DNA of 64,000 nucleotides from an uncultured Acidobacteriota bacterium (GCA_963796275.1 CAWCKY010000007.1:192001-256000); one strand, 5' to 3'. Shown: positions 19,494-30,576, counted from the first letter of the stretch. Notes: generated from the sequence alone by a model not told the origin. Translations and numbers: made by a program.

Positions 19494-20519
19494 ATGAAGA
19501 TTCGAGATGTCGCCAGGATGGCGGGCGTGTCGACGGCTACTGTCTCTCATGTGGTCAACAACTCCCGTTTTGTCAGCGATGAGACGAAAAGGAAAGTACT
19601 GGCAGCGATCGAGCGGTGTGGCTATACGCCGAACGCGCACGCGCGCAATCTGGCTACTAAACAAAATCACACATTCGGTCTGATTCTTTCGGATATTTCA
19701 AATCCCTTTTTCCCGGAGCTGGTCAAAAGCATCCAGGAGCGAGCCATCGAGCTGGGCTATGACATCTCGATGGCCAACACAAATTACGACTCGGAACGCG
19801 CGCTAGGGAGCGTGCAACGAATGCTCGAGCAGCGGGTCAGCGGCGTGGCCGTGATGACCTCGGAGATGGATGATTTGCTCACCCGGCGTCTGGCTGAGCG
19901 GGAGGTCGCCGTAGTTTTTCTGGATGTGGGAAAGGTTGGCCTTTACGTCAGCAACATCGTCGTGAATTACGAGAGGGGTATCCGCGCCGGGGTCGAGCAT
20001 TTGCTGGGGCTGGGACATAGGCGGATCGCATATATCAGCGGCCCGCTCCGGTTGAAATCGGCGCAGCGCCGGCATCTCGCCTTCACTCGAATGATGAAGA
20101 AATATGAGTCAACGCTGCACACGCAGCCCTGGATTTATGAGGGCGATTTCAAAGCGGCTGGTGGGCAACGAGCGGTGGTCGAGATGTTGCAGATAACGCC
20201 TCGCCCCACGGCGATTGTGGCCGCCAATGATCTGATGGCAATGGGAGCGCTGGGAGAATTGAAAAAGGCGGGCTTGCATGTGCCGGGCGACATATCAGTG
20301 GTCGGTTTTGATGACATTTTATTCGCCGCATTGACCGATCCGCCGCTGACCACCGTCGTGCTGCCGCGCGAAGAGATCGGTCGTGCTTCGGTCGACGCAT
20401 TACTCAATACGATAAAGGATAACAGCAGGATGGGACGCGAATACAAAATCACGCCCAGGCTTGTCGTGCGTGAATCCACCGGGCCCGTGCCGGTAAGTGA
20501 ATCAAGGGGGAAAAGATGA
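19494..20519 (+). CDS. LacI-family transcriptional regulator
   Basis: IRDVARMAGVSTATVSHVVN HTH, YTPNAHARNL hinge, VPGDISVVGFDD. Confidence 0.95.
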   Translation: MKIRDVARMAGVSTATVSHVVNNSRFVSDETKRKVLAAIERCGYTPNAHARNLATKQNHTFGLILSDISNPFFPELVKSIQERAIELGYDISMANTNYDSERALGSVQRMLEQRVSGVAVMTSEMDDLLTRRLAEREVAVVFLDVGKVGLYVSNIVVNYERGIRAGVEHLLGLGHRRIAYISGPLRLKSAQRRHLAFTRMMKKYESTLHTQPWIYEGDFKAAGGQRAVVEMLQITPRPTAIVAANDLMAMGALGELKKAGLHVPGDISVVGFDDILFAALTDPPLTTVVLPREEIGRASVDALLNTIKDNSRMGREYKITPRLVVRESTGPVPVSESRGKR

Positions 20520-23500
20520 ACTTGAACAAGATTGCAAGAATCGTGTCGGTGGTGGTAGGAACGCTGTTGGCGATCCCTGGTTACGGACAAAGCGATCGTG
20601 GCGCGATCAGCGGCGCGGTGCGAGATACGAACGGCGCGGCCGTCTCCGCCGCACAGATCACGTTAACCAATCGCAATACCGGCGAAAAGCGCGAGCTGAA
20701 TACAACAATTGAGGGCAACTTCACCATTCCGGAATTGAGGGCAGACCTCTACAATCTGACGGTCAAGGCGACCGGCTTCAAAACATCCTCGGTTGACAAC
20801 ATTCAGGTGGGTGTTCAGGTGACGAGTCGCATCGACGTGAAGCTGGAGATCGGAGAGGTCGGCGAAACCGTGACGATCTCAGCTGCGGACGTGATCTCGC
20901 TGCAAACTGACAGTCCGGTGCAGCAGCGCAACGTGACCGAGCGGCAGGTCAGGGAACTTCCGCTGATCGTCGCCGCCGAGAGTGGCGGGCGCACACCGCT
21001 CGCGTTCATCTATCTTGACAGCAGCATCACTCCGACCACAGATGGCGGCGGCAGCGGCGGCACCAACGCCACCAACTTCCGCGTCAACGGCAGCCAGGGA
21101 CTGGGCACCGACATTTTGATTGACGGCGTGGCGACCCGGCGTGGAGAGAACGGATCCTTCTTCTCCGAAGTCGCGCCGGGTCCGAACGCCTTTCAGGAGT
21201 TCACCATCAGTACCAACAACTACTCCGCCGAGTTCGGCAACTCGACCGGCGGCGTCGTCAACTTCACGATCAAGACCGGTAGCAACGATTTCCACGGCGA
21301 AGGCTACTTTTTCCTGAACAACGAGGCGTTCAACGCCAACATCGCGCGCAACCGTATGCTTGATATCGAACGCCCGCTCGACCGCCAGAAGGACTTCGGC
21401 TTCTCCGTCGGCGGCCCCGTACGTCTGCCGAAGAAAATCTTCGGCCCGCTCGGTTACGACGGGCGCAACCGGACGTTTTTCTTCTTCAACTACGGCGGCT
21501 ATCGCACCACGCGCACAGAGACCGTGGACATCAGCGTGCCGACCTTGAAGATGCGGCAGGGTGATTTATCGGAGCTTCTGACCGACCCTTACGTGCTGCA
21601 ATATTTCGGCGGTCCGGTGCAGATATTCGACCCGCGCCAGTCGCCGGGACAGCGCGTGGCGATCCCCGGGAACCGTATGGATCTTTACGAGGGCGGCGCG
21701 CTCATCAGTCCGATCGGGCGTAATTTCGTCAACCTCTTTCCGCTCCCTAACCAGCCCGGACTGATGGGCGGAGGCGTTCATCGCAACTACCGTGCATCAA
21801 GCGCGGTGACGGCGGAGACCAACTACTACGTGTCGAAGGTGACGCAGAACATCAGCGATCGCCAGACGGTCAACGTAAGCTACACTTTCCGCGCGCTGCC
21901 GAGCGTCAAAGGCGGCTTCCCGCGCTTCGATCCGCCGTTTGTTGCTGAGGGGCGCTGGGATCAGCTCTTCCGCTCCTACTATGCGCGCTTACAGCACGAT
22001 TACACATTCACGCCGAGGCTGCTCAATCACATCAATCTGGGTTGGAATCGTACGTACGTGGAAAACCACAACTTCGGGCGCGGGGCTGGGCGCGCGACCG
22101 CGCTCGGGGTACTGCGCGGTACGACGCAGGATCTGGGGCTGCCGCTCATCGGCTTTCCCAACTACGGCAACGACGTGACCTCGCTCGACCCGCGCTCTTA
22201 CCAGGGGGGCGGCTCCACGACATTCGACAACGACACCAGCGACAACACGGCTCAGTTTACCGACTTCATCAATTACACGCGCGGTCGCCACACCTTCAAG
22301 TTCGGCGGTGACGTCCGCGTGCAGCAGTTGAACGTCAGGCCCAATTTCGACCTGGGCGGCAGATACAACTTTATGGGCAGGCAGACCGCGAACGTGCTTG
22401 CTGATACGACGCGCGCGGGAGGCGCCGTCACTGGGGTAGCCGAGGGATGGCCGATCGCCAGCCTGCTTGCCGGTGCAACGGAGTTCTCCTGGAACAGCTT
22501 GCAGACCGCGCAGCCGAGTTGGAAATATATCTTCGCGGCGGGGTTCATTCAGGACGACTTCAAGATGACGTCGAAGCTGACGCTCAACCTCGGCGTCCGC
22601 TACGACTTCAACCGGCCGCGCACGGAACGCCATGACCGTTATCGCGGCTTCGATCCGAACGCGCCCAATCAGGTGGCAGCTGGACGGCTCGGCGCGATCG
22701 TCGGCGCCGCCGGGCAGGGCGGGCTCGCGGCCATCAACGAGGGGCTGGTCAATCCCGACAGGACTGATCTGGGGCCGCGCATCGGTTTCGCCTATCTCAT
22801 CAACGATAAGACCGTGATCCGCGGCGGCTACGGGATTTTTTACGCGCCGCTCTTCTACAATGCGAACGGCAACGACGGACTGGAGGGTTACAACCCGGGG
22901 TCGCTGAATATCAATTCCGACCTGAACGCGCTCAATACCATTGACGAGCGCGGGTTTGCGCGCACGCCGATCGGATTGGACCGTTACCCGGCGCTGCCCA
23001 TCGCCAACCCGAATCTGCAAAATGTCGGACTGCTCGACCGCACACTCGACTATTACGACTTGAACTATAAGCTTGGGCGCACTGCGCAGTACAACCTGGA
23101 TCTGCAGCGCGAGCTCCCTTCCAGCATCCTGCTTTCGATCAGTTACATCGGCAACCGGGGGACCCGACTGCGCTCCAGGTTGATGCCGCTGAACGCGGCG
23201 CCGATCGAGGCGCTGCGGCTGGGCAACACGCTGCTGCGCAAACGCCTGGCGGACGTGACGGCGGATGATCGTGCCTACGCGGCTAGCGTCGGCTTCACGC
23301 TGCCAGCGAGTCCCGATGCGGTCTATCCCGACTTCGGCAACCAGCCTGCGCTGACCTCGAGCTTTCTGGCCGGAACAGTAGCTCAGGCGCTCAGGCCTTA
23401 CCCGCACTACGGGAATATCAACAACCGGCTCGAGAGCGATGGGCAGAGCTGGTATAACGCCGCGAAGATCGATCTGCGGCGGCGCTTTGCCAACGGCGCG

Positions 23501-24313
23501 CAAATAGGAGCTTCCTACACTTTCTCTAAGTTCATCACCGACGCGGGAGAGGACTTATACGGCGATTCGCCCATCACCGGCGTGCTGCAGAACCCGCGCG
23601 ACCGCCGCTCGCTGCGATCGATCGCACCGGGCAGCTATCCGCACTCGCTGGTGGTCTACTATCTGGCCGAGTTGCCGTTTGGCAGAGGCAAACGCTTCCT
23701 CAATCAAGGCGGCATGATCGACCGTCTGGTGGGCGGCTGGCAGATCAGCGGTGTCCAACGTTATCGTTCGGGCCAATCCCTCTCACCGTTCGTGCCCGGC
23801 GGTCAGCGAGAGTTCCTCGACCTGGTTGGGATCGGTGGCAACCTGCGGACGAACCTGACGGGCCAGCCGTTCTACACGGGCAACGACGAGGTCGGGTTAA
23901 ACTTCGGCTACCTGAACCCGGCGGCGTTCACGCCTCCACCCGATTACCGGTCGATACCGCAAGTTCCCGACCCGGCCAACCCGGGGCAAACGATCCCCGC
24001 ACCCATAGGCAGCCCCGAATATCGGGCGTTTTACACCGATCCGCTCAGGTTTCTGGGAACCGTCGCGCCGACCTTCGATAACCTGCGCATGCGCAACTAC
24101 TATAGCGAAGACGTGAGCATTCTGAAGAAGACGCGTATCACCGAGACGACCGCGCTCGAGTTGCGCGCGGAGATATTCAATCTCTTCAACCGCAGCCGTT
24201 TCGCCGGGCCCAACATGAACGTGACGGACCCCGGCAACTACGGCGTGGTGGGACGCTTCGCCGATATATTGCAACCGCGCCGCATCCAGGTCGGGGCCAG
24301 GTTTATCTTCTGA
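20516..24313 (+). CDS. TonB-dependent receptor, Oar type
   Basis: QSDRGAISG, NYSAEFG, QDDFK..LTLNLGVRYD, C-terminal RRIQVGARFIF; ATGA overlap with lacI. Confidence 0.93.
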   Translation: MNLNKIARIVSVVVGTLLAIPGYGQSDRGAISGAVRDTNGAAVSAAQITLTNRNTGEKRELNTTIEGNFTIPELRADLYNLTVKATGFKTSSVDNIQVGVQVTSRIDVKLEIGEVGETVTISAADVISLQTDSPVQQRNVTERQVRELPLIVAAESGGRTPLAFIYLDSSITPTTDGGGSGGTNATNFRVNGSQGLGTDILIDGVATRRGENGSFFSEVAPGPNAFQEFTISTNNYSAEFGNSTGGVVNFTIKTGSNDFHGEGYFFLNNEAFNANIARNRMLDIERPLDRQKDFGFSVGGPVRLPKKIFGPLGYDGRNRTFFFFNYGGYRTTRTETVDISVPTLKMRQGDLSELLTDPYVLQYFGGPVQIFDPRQSPGQRVAIPGNRMDLYEGGALISPIGRNFVNLFPLPNQPGLMGGGVHRNYRASSAVTAETNYYVSKVTQNISDRQTVNVSYTFRALPSVKGGFPRFDPPFVAEGRWDQLFRSYYARLQHDYTFTPRLLNHINLGWNRTYVENHNFGRGAGRATALGVLRGTTQDLGLPLIGFPNYGNDVTSLDPRSYQGGGSTTFDNDTSDNTAQFTDFINYTRGRHTFKFGGDVRVQQLNVRPNFDLGGRYNFMGRQTANVLADTTRAGGAVTGVAEGWPIASLLAGATEFSWNSLQTAQPSWKYIFAAGFIQDDFKMTSKLTLNLGVRYDFNRPRTERHDRYRGFDPNAPNQVAAGRLGAIVGAAGQGGLAAINEGLVNPDRTDLGPRIGFAYLINDKTVIRGGYGIFYAPLFYNANGNDGLEGYNPGSLNINSDLNALNTIDERGFARTPIGLDRYPALPIANPNLQNVGLLDRTLDYYDLNYKLGRTAQYNLDLQRELPSSILLSISYIGNRGTRLRSRLMPLNAAPIEALRLGNTLLRKRLADVTADDRAYAASVGFTLPASPDAVYPDFGNQPALTSSFLAGTVAQALRPYPHYGNINNRLESDGQSWYNAAKIDLRRRFANGAQIGASYTFSKFITDAGEDLYGDSPITGVLQNPRDRRSLRSIAPGSYPHSLVVYYLAELPFGRGKRFLNQGGMIDRLVGGWQISGVQRYRSGQSLSPFVPGGQREFLDLVGIGGNLRTNLTGQPFYTGNDEVGLNFGYLNPAAFTPPPDYRSIPQVPDPANPGQTIPAPIGSPEYRAFYTDPLRFLGTVAPTFDNLRMRNYYSEDVSILKKTRITETTALELRAEIFNLFNRSRFAGPNMNVTDPGNYGVVGRFADILQPRRIQVGARFIF

Positions 24314-24561
24314 ATCTGTGCGCGGGAGCACGACCGTGGTATCTTTTGCGGCCATTATTACCAGCTCGGGCGCGTCTAAACGCGCCTAAAACGGCCGCGT
24401 GAAGCCAGGCAGGCGATAGCAATATATTCGCAGCTGAGAGGTGCGCAAGATTGCACAATGAAAATGAGGTCCGCGATAACGTGCGCCGCCTGGCAGATGT
24501 CTGTTTCTGATAAGCCGAAATGGCCGGTTTCCGCCATAGATTTCCATCGGAGGCGATTGAT

Positions 24562-25995
24562 ATGAAGAGACCAGCTCAGGCAGATATTCGTTCAGCGGCT
24601 TTGATATTGCTGCTGATCCTCGGATGGACCGCGGCGGACCGCGCCGGTTCAGCGCAGACGGAAAAGCCCTCCGGCGCGCGCCCCAATGTAGTGCTGTTCG
24701 TGGCGGATGATCTGGGGCTTAACGAAATCGGGCCGTACGGCAGCAAATACGTGAGAACGCCCAACCTCGACCGGCTGGCGGCGCAAGCCATCCGATTCGA
24801 TCGCGCCTTTGCTGGATCGCCCACCTGCGTGCCTTCGCGGGCGGTGCTCTATACCGGTCTGATGCCATTCCGCAATGGCGCACATCCGAACCACAGCCAG
24901 AGCCGCGAAGGCGTCAAATCTATCGCGCACCATTTCCAGGCGATCGGATATCTGACCGCGCAGGCCGGCAAGCGGCATTTCAATCCGGCCTCGGTATTCC
25001 CCTTTGAGATCATCAGAGATTCTGAGGTTCCCGAACCGGGGTTCGAGAACAAGCGGGCTCTGCGGGTTGATCTGAATACCGCGCCGGTGGAGAAATGGCT
25101 GGCGAGCGCGGATAAGAATAAACCGTTTTTCCTGATCGTCGCCGACCATAGCCCGCACGTCGTCTGGCCGGACAAAGCGGAATACAGACCGGAAGATGTA
25201 GAAATTCCGCCTGACCACATCGACACGCCCGAGACTCGCGGCGCGCGCTCCCGCTACTACACCGACATCACGAAGATGGACCGCAACGTCGGCCAGGTGC
25301 TGAATAGTCTGGAGAAGAACGGTTTGGCGGAGAATACCATCTTCATCTTCACTTCTGATCAGGGGCCGCAGTGGCCGTTCGCCAAATGGACCGTCTATGA
25401 CGCGGGCATTCGCGTTCCTCTGCTGATTCGCTGGCCGGGCACGATAAAACCCGGCAGCGCAACGGACGCACTGGTTTCGCTGGCGGATGTCGTTCCCACG
25501 CTCGTAGAGGCCGCGGGCGGTCGCGCGCCGGAAGGATTGGACGGGCAGAGCTTCCTCAAAGTATTGCAGGCGAAGACGAGGACCCACCGCGAATACATCT
25601 TCGCCACGCACACCGGAGACGGCCAGTGGAACCGCAACCCCGCTCGCTGCATCCGCACCGGGCGATATAAACTCATTCTCAATCTCGCGCCAGAGATCAC
25701 TTACACGACGCACATCGATCTCGCGAAAGACCACGACGGCGGGCGCGAGTACTGGCCTTCGTGGGACGCGCTGGCGAAGACCGATCGGCGCGCGGCCGCA
25801 GTGATCGATCGATACCGGAATCATCCGAAAGAAGAGTTCTACGATCTGTTGACCGATCCATATGAAATCAACAATCTGATCGGTGATCAGAAATACGCCG
25901 GCATCGTCGCCGACCTGCGCGAGAGGCTGGCCGAATGGCGCAAGCAGCAGGGGGATGACCAGACTGGGGCTGCCCCCGCGCCGCCAACGAGATGA
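24562..25995 (+). CDS. Sulfatase, N-sulfoglucosamine sulfohydrolase-like
   Basis: RPNVVLFVADDLG, CVPSR formylglycine motif, GKRH, FTSDQG; RBS ggagg. Confidence 0.9.
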   Translation: MKRPAQADIRSAALILLLILGWTAADRAGSAQTEKPSGARPNVVLFVADDLGLNEIGPYGSKYVRTPNLDRLAAQAIRFDRAFAGSPTCVPSRAVLYTGLMPFRNGAHPNHSQSREGVKSIAHHFQAIGYLTAQAGKRHFNPASVFPFEIIRDSEVPEPGFENKRALRVDLNTAPVEKWLASADKNKPFFLIVADHSPHVVWPDKAEYRPEDVEIPPDHIDTPETRGARSRYYTDITKMDRNVGQVLNSLEKNGLAENTIFIFTSDQGPQWPFAKWTVYDAGIRVPLLIRWPGTIKPGSATDALVSLADVVPTLVEAAGGRAPEGLDGQSFLKVLQAKTRTHREYIFATHTGDGQWNRNPARCIRTGRYKLILNLAPEITYTTHIDLAKDHDGGREYWPSWDALAKTDRRAAAVIDRYRNHPKEEFYDLLTDPYEINNLIGDQKYAGIVADLRERLAEWRKQQGDDQTGAAPAPPTR

Positions 25996-26029
25996 TGGCA
26001 TTATACGATTTTGATGAGATAACACATCC

Positions 26030-27976
26030 ATGAGAGAACACATGAAAATGAAACGACACTTCGCAATTACCATCCTGGCGATCTTTCTAACGACCGGCAT
26101 TGCCGCGCCGCAGCAATGGAAACCCGCTCCCGTCACATTGATGACGGAATGGGGCGAAAAAATTACGCCCGACAATGCGTGGCGCGAATACCCGCGCCCG
26201 CAATTCGTGCGCGAGCGCTGGCAAAATCTGAACGGAATGTGGGATTACGCCATCACATCGAAAACCGCGCCGGCGCCGTCGAAGTTCGACGGAAAAATCC
26301 TGGTACCGTTTGCGCCTGAGGCGGCGTTGTCGGGCGTCGGCAAAATTCTGCAACCCGGCGAGCGCCTCTGGTACAGCCGTTCATTCGAAGTTCCGGCCGC
26401 ATGGAAAAACGAACGATTACTGCTTCATTTCGGCGCTGTCGATTACGAATGCGCGCTCTGGGTGAACGGCGGTTTAGTCGGCGCGCACAAAGGCGGGTTC
26501 GATGAATTCAATTTCGACGTCACCCCCTTTCTTAAAGATGGCAATAACGTGCTGCTGATGGGCGTCACCGATCCTTCGGACACAGGCGAACAGCCGCGAG
26601 GTAAACAACAGTTGAAACCGGAGGGCATCTGGTACACGCCTGTTTCGGGCATCTGGCAGACGGTATGGCTTGAACCTGTGCCCGCCGGGTCGCATCTCGC
26701 CGAATTGCGGTTGACGCCGGACGTGGATGCGGGCGGTTTGCGTGTCGTGGGGCTGACCGACCAGGCGTTCTCCGATGACACATACGCCGTGCGTTTTACC
26801 GCTTCGACGAACGGCAAAACAGTCTCTTCGACGATCGCGCGCATCAATCGCGAAGGCTTCCTCAAAGTTCCAGGCGCGCGGTTATGGTCGCCCTCCGACC
26901 CGTTTTTGTACGACCTGAAGGCGGAACTCATCCGCGTGAAAAATCCGTGGCCGAAACCGGCTGGGAATGAGCGCCCGAATGAGCGGCCTCTTCGATTCGG
27001 CGGGCGCGAACGCGAACTATATGAGAAGGCCGAGGCTGAAGGAGCGCCGCTGGACGTCGTCACAAGCTATTTCGGCATGCGCAAAGTTTCGCTCGGTCCC
27101 GGCACGGTCGCCGGACAGCCAGCTATTCTGCTTAATGGGCAGCCGCTCTTTCAACACGGACCGCTCGATCAGGGCTGGTGGCCGGATGGACTGCATACGC
27201 CGCCCGCGGATGCGGCGATGAAATGGGAAATCGAATGGCTGCGTAAGGCCGGGTTCAACATGCTTCGCAAACATATAAAAGTCGAACCGGCGCGCTATTA
27301 CTACCATTGCGACCGGCTGGGGATGTTGGTCTGGCAGGATATGCCGTCTGGCTTCAATCAGGGATTGCGGAATAACCGTCCCGATGAAGGCGAACCGTTT
27401 CGACTCTCCACCAGCCGCGAACAGCACGAACTGGAATTGCGCCGCATGCTGGGGCGTTTGCACAACGCTCCGAGCATCGTGATGTGGGTCGTCTTCAACG
27501 AAGGTTGGGGACAGTATGAATCGAAAGCCATGGCGCAATGGGTTAAAGCGATAGACGGCAGCCGTCTGGTCAACGCCGACAGCGGATGGTTGGATATGAA
27601 CGTCGGCGAATTGTTCGACATCCACACTTACCAGGAGATTCCGCAGACGCCGGAGCAGAAGACGGATCGCGCCGTCGTGCTGGGCGAATACGGAGGCGTC
27701 GGCTGGCCGATCGAGAATCATCTCTGGAACCCCAAAATGCGGAATTGGGGCTATCAGACCTATCAGGACAAAACGGCATACCTGAACGCCTTACGCAAAA
27801 AAGTCGAGGCGCTCGTGCCGATGAAACAGAAGCTTGGCGTATCGGCGGCGGTCTATACCCAAACCACCGACGTCGAAGGCGAAGTCAACGGCCTGATGAC
27901 CTACGACCGCAAATACATCAAGGTCGATCCCGCGTTGATGAGCGAAATGAACGCGCCGTTGACGGGAGGCAAATGA
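26030..27976 (+). CDS. Glycoside hydrolase family 2
   Basis: EYPRPQF, LLHFGAVD, LDQGWWPDG, RKHIKVEP, WVVFNEGWGQ, VLGEYGG, YTQTTDVEGEVNG. Confidence 0.9.
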   Translation: MREHMKMKRHFAITILAIFLTTGIAAPQQWKPAPVTLMTEWGEKITPDNAWREYPRPQFVRERWQNLNGMWDYAITSKTAPAPSKFDGKILVPFAPEAALSGVGKILQPGERLWYSRSFEVPAAWKNERLLLHFGAVDYECALWVNGGLVGAHKGGFDEFNFDVTPFLKDGNNVLLMGVTDPSDTGEQPRGKQQLKPEGIWYTPVSGIWQTVWLEPVPAGSHLAELRLTPDVDAGGLRVVGLTDQAFSDDTYAVRFTASTNGKTVSSTIARINREGFLKVPGARLWSPSDPFLYDLKAELIRVKNPWPKPAGNERPNERPLRFGGRERELYEKAEAEGAPLDVVTSYFGMRKVSLGPGTVAGQPAILLNGQPLFQHGPLDQGWWPDGLHTPPADAAMKWEIEWLRKAGFNMLRKHIKVEPARYYYHCDRLGMLVWQDMPSGFNQGLRNNRPDEGEPFRLSTSREQHELELRRMLGRLHNAPSIVMWVVFNEGWGQYESKAMAQWVKAIDGSRLVNADSGWLDMNVGELFDIHTYQEIPQTPEQKTDRAVVLGEYGGVGWPIENHLWNPKMRNWGYQTYQDKTAYLNALRKKVEALVPMKQKLGVSAAVYTQTTDVEGEVNGLMTYDRKYIKVDPALMSEMNAPLTGGK

Positions 27977-28054
27977 ACATGATCGCGAAAACAGGCGGGC
28001 GGCGGCTTCTGTGTCTGCGGTCGAACTCAAACCGGCATGGGAGCGATTGAGGCA

Positions 28055-29791
28055 ATGAAGAGGCATCTGGTGCGGATCGCCATACAGGCGTTGGCATTTG
28101 GATCCATACTGCTGGCACAGCCGGCCGGCAGCGGGATGAGGTGGCATCGCGCCCCACACTCGGGAACGCAGGGGGCGCGGCCCAACATCATCGTCATCCT
28201 CGCTGATGATCTGGGCTATTCGGATCTAGGTTGTTACGGCGGAGAAATCAATACGCCGAATCTGGATGGTCTGGCAGAGAATGGGCTGCGCTTTACGCAG
28301 TTTTACAATTCCGCGCGCTGCTGTCCCACGCGCGCAGCGTTGTTGACCGGTTTGTATCCGCACCAGGCTGGCGTCGGCTTGATGACGGGCGATGCGGGCG
28401 ACCTATATCCCGGATATCGCGGCTCAATTCAGCCGTATGCCGTGACGCTCGCTGAGGTCTTGCAGGCCGCGGGTTATCACACGGCCATGAGCGGTAAATG
28501 GCACGTGGGCGACCGGGTATCGCCGATCGAACGAGGCTTCCATGATTTTTACGGCTTCACGCGAGGCTATGCGGTCGATTCGTTTGACCCGAGAATGATG
28601 ATTCGCTTGCCGGCGGGGAAGACGCAACGCACCTATAAACCGGGCGAGTATTTCGCCACCGATGCGATCACCGATCACGCGCTGGATTTTCTGAATGACG
28701 CGCGCCGAACGAAAAAACCGTGGTTCTTATATGTCGCATATCAGGCGCCGCATTTCCCGGTGCAATCGCGCGACGATGACGCCGCGCCCTATGCCGACGT
28801 TTACGAGAAGGGCTGGGATAGATTGCGTGAGGAACGGCTGGCGCGGATGAAGAAGGCCGGTTCGGTTCCGAAAAACACGACGCTCACTGCGCGCAGCGCA
28901 ATTCCGCGGCCCGACGTGGCGAAGCGGCTCGGCTCGATGACCGCCGACGGCGCCAATCCGGCTTGGGATACGCTCGATGACGCCCGCAGGGCGGATTTGG
29001 CGCGGCGGATGGCGACATTCGCCGGGATGGTCGGCGGGATGGATCGCAACGTCGGACGAATCATCGCCGATTTGAAACGCAACGGGGAACTCGACCATAC
29101 GCTGATTCTGTTTCTCAGCGATAACGGAGCCTGCGCGGAATGGGAACCGTATGGCTTCGATCTGAACAAACCGGCCAACGTGACGGCCGGCACGGGGATC
29201 AATATGGGCACGCCGAACGCTCCCAACATCCTGCATAGCCGTGCGGACCTCGGCGCAATGGGCGGCCCGGACAGTCTGTTCAGTTACGGCAGCGCGTGGG
29301 CGGGGTTGAGTAATACGCCCTGGCGCATGTACAAACACTACAGTCATGAAGGCGGCATCTCGTCGCCATTGATTGCGCATTGGCCTGCCGCAATCAAAGC
29401 GCGCGGGCAATGGCGCACGCAACCCGGTCACGTTATTGATTTGATGGCGACGCTGGTAGATGTGGCGGGCGCCCAGTATCCGCGGATGCGTGCGGATGTG
29501 CCGGTCTTACCGATGGAGGGAGTCAGCCTGCGTCCGGCATTTGCGAATAAATCGCTTGGACGTAAATCACCGATGTTTTTCGAACACGACGGATCGCGCG
29601 CCGTGCGCGACGGCAGATGGAAACTGGTCGGGAAACGCGGCGGCGAATGGGAACTTTACGACATCGAAACCGATCGAACTGAATTGAACGATCTGGCAGA
29701 GCGGCGACCGGATAAGGCGCGCGAACTGGCTGCGCGCTGGGATGAATGGGCCAGGCGCACACATGCGCTTCCGAGGCCGGGGGGCAGATGA
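28055..29791 (+). CDS. Arylsulfatase
   Basis: RPNIIVILADDLGYSDLG, CCPTRA formylglycine motif, GKWH, FLSDNG. Confidence 0.92.
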   Translation: MKRHLVRIAIQALAFGSILLAQPAGSGMRWHRAPHSGTQGARPNIIVILADDLGYSDLGCYGGEINTPNLDGLAENGLRFTQFYNSARCCPTRAALLTGLYPHQAGVGLMTGDAGDLYPGYRGSIQPYAVTLAEVLQAAGYHTAMSGKWHVGDRVSPIERGFHDFYGFTRGYAVDSFDPRMMIRLPAGKTQRTYKPGEYFATDAITDHALDFLNDARRTKKPWFLYVAYQAPHFPVQSRDDDAAPYADVYEKGWDRLREERLARMKKAGSVPKNTTLTARSAIPRPDVAKRLGSMTADGANPAWDTLDDARRADLARRMATFAGMVGGMDRNVGRIIADLKRNGELDHTLILFLSDNGACAEWEPYGFDLNKPANVTAGTGINMGTPNAPNILHSRADLGAMGGPDSLFSYGSAWAGLSNTPWRMYKHYSHEGGISSPLIAHWPAAIKARGQWRTQPGHVIDLMATLVDVAGAQYPRMRADVPVLPMEGVSLRPAFANKSLGRKSPMFFEHDGSRAVRDGRWKLVGKRGGEWELYDIETDRTELNDLAERRPDKARELAARWDEWARRTHALPRPGGR

Positions 29792-29952
29792 ACTGAAGGG
29801 CGGCCTAATTCGGCCCATTGCTGTCCGCAGGTTTACGGTCAGGGTTATTCGCGGCGCGGCAACCGGCGGAGCAGCCAGCATGCGGCCAGATTCTGATACT
29901 GAATTGCGAGGCCGACTGATTGATCGGCCCCGACTGTCGAACATGCAGCGGA

Positions 29953-30240
29953 TCAATCGAAATCGAAGATATCGCCGAGAAACGATTTGCGTTTACGCCC
30001 ATGACGGTCGTACCGATGCCGTTCGTCGTCGTCGTCGTCATACCTTTCCTTATAATGCTCCCGATAATTCTCGCGTTGATCCTTATCGCGCACATCAGCC
30101 CGCTCCGTTGCCGCTCGCTCGATGATCTTGTCGAGTTCGCCGCGGTCGAGCCAGACGCCGCGACATTTCGGGCAATAATCAATTTCGACGCCCTGACGAT
30201 CAGCCATCGTCAGGGCTACATTGCATACTGGACAGTTCAT
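29953..30240 (-). CDS. zf-TFIIB domain protein
   Basis: MNCPVC...EIDYCPKCRGVWLDRGELDKII and C-terminal RKSFLGDIFDFD; RBS aaggag. Confidence 0.9.
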   Translation of the reverse strand: MNCPVCNVALTMADRQGVEIDYCPKCRGVWLDRGELDKIIERAATERADVRDKDQRENYREHYKERYDDDDDERHRYDRHGRKRKSFLGDIFDFD

Positions 30241-30464
30241 TAATATCTCCTTGATTTTGGATTTTATCTCCCAGCGAATCCCGCTAAAAAATTCCCGCGA
30301 CCGATGCCGCGAAAGGTCCCGATCCAGTGTCTCGATCAATTCTGACACGGCGGCACGAGTTGTGCGGATCGAATGGGCGCCTGTTTCAGTCTCGTGATAT
30401 TTGACCTTCACCGAATACGTCCCGGGACTCGGACCCGGCTAACTATAGTAAGATCACGCATGAA

Positions 30465-30576
30465 TACACTGTTAACTAAGTTCTTGATGATCTATGAATC
30501 AGTACCGTTCGCGGTACTGATTCGAACTTGAATCGCCATTTAAACAGCAAATAACTTAGTCTTAGGTTACAGAGTA
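30465..30576. mobile_element. MITE-like element carrying a collapsed REP hairpin
   Basis: TACACTGTTAACTAAG ... CTTAGGTTACAGAGTA ends; internal AATCAGTACCG-TTCG-CGGTACTGATT has the same arms as the 12847 and 44781 elements. Confidence 0.55.

Noticed and set aside
21989-26175. Long antisense ORFs (504 aa, 508 aa) and similar ones at 8206-9021, 40641-41465 and 46558-47442
   Set aside because: They lie opposite well-supported genes in GC-rich DNA and show no recognisable motifs.
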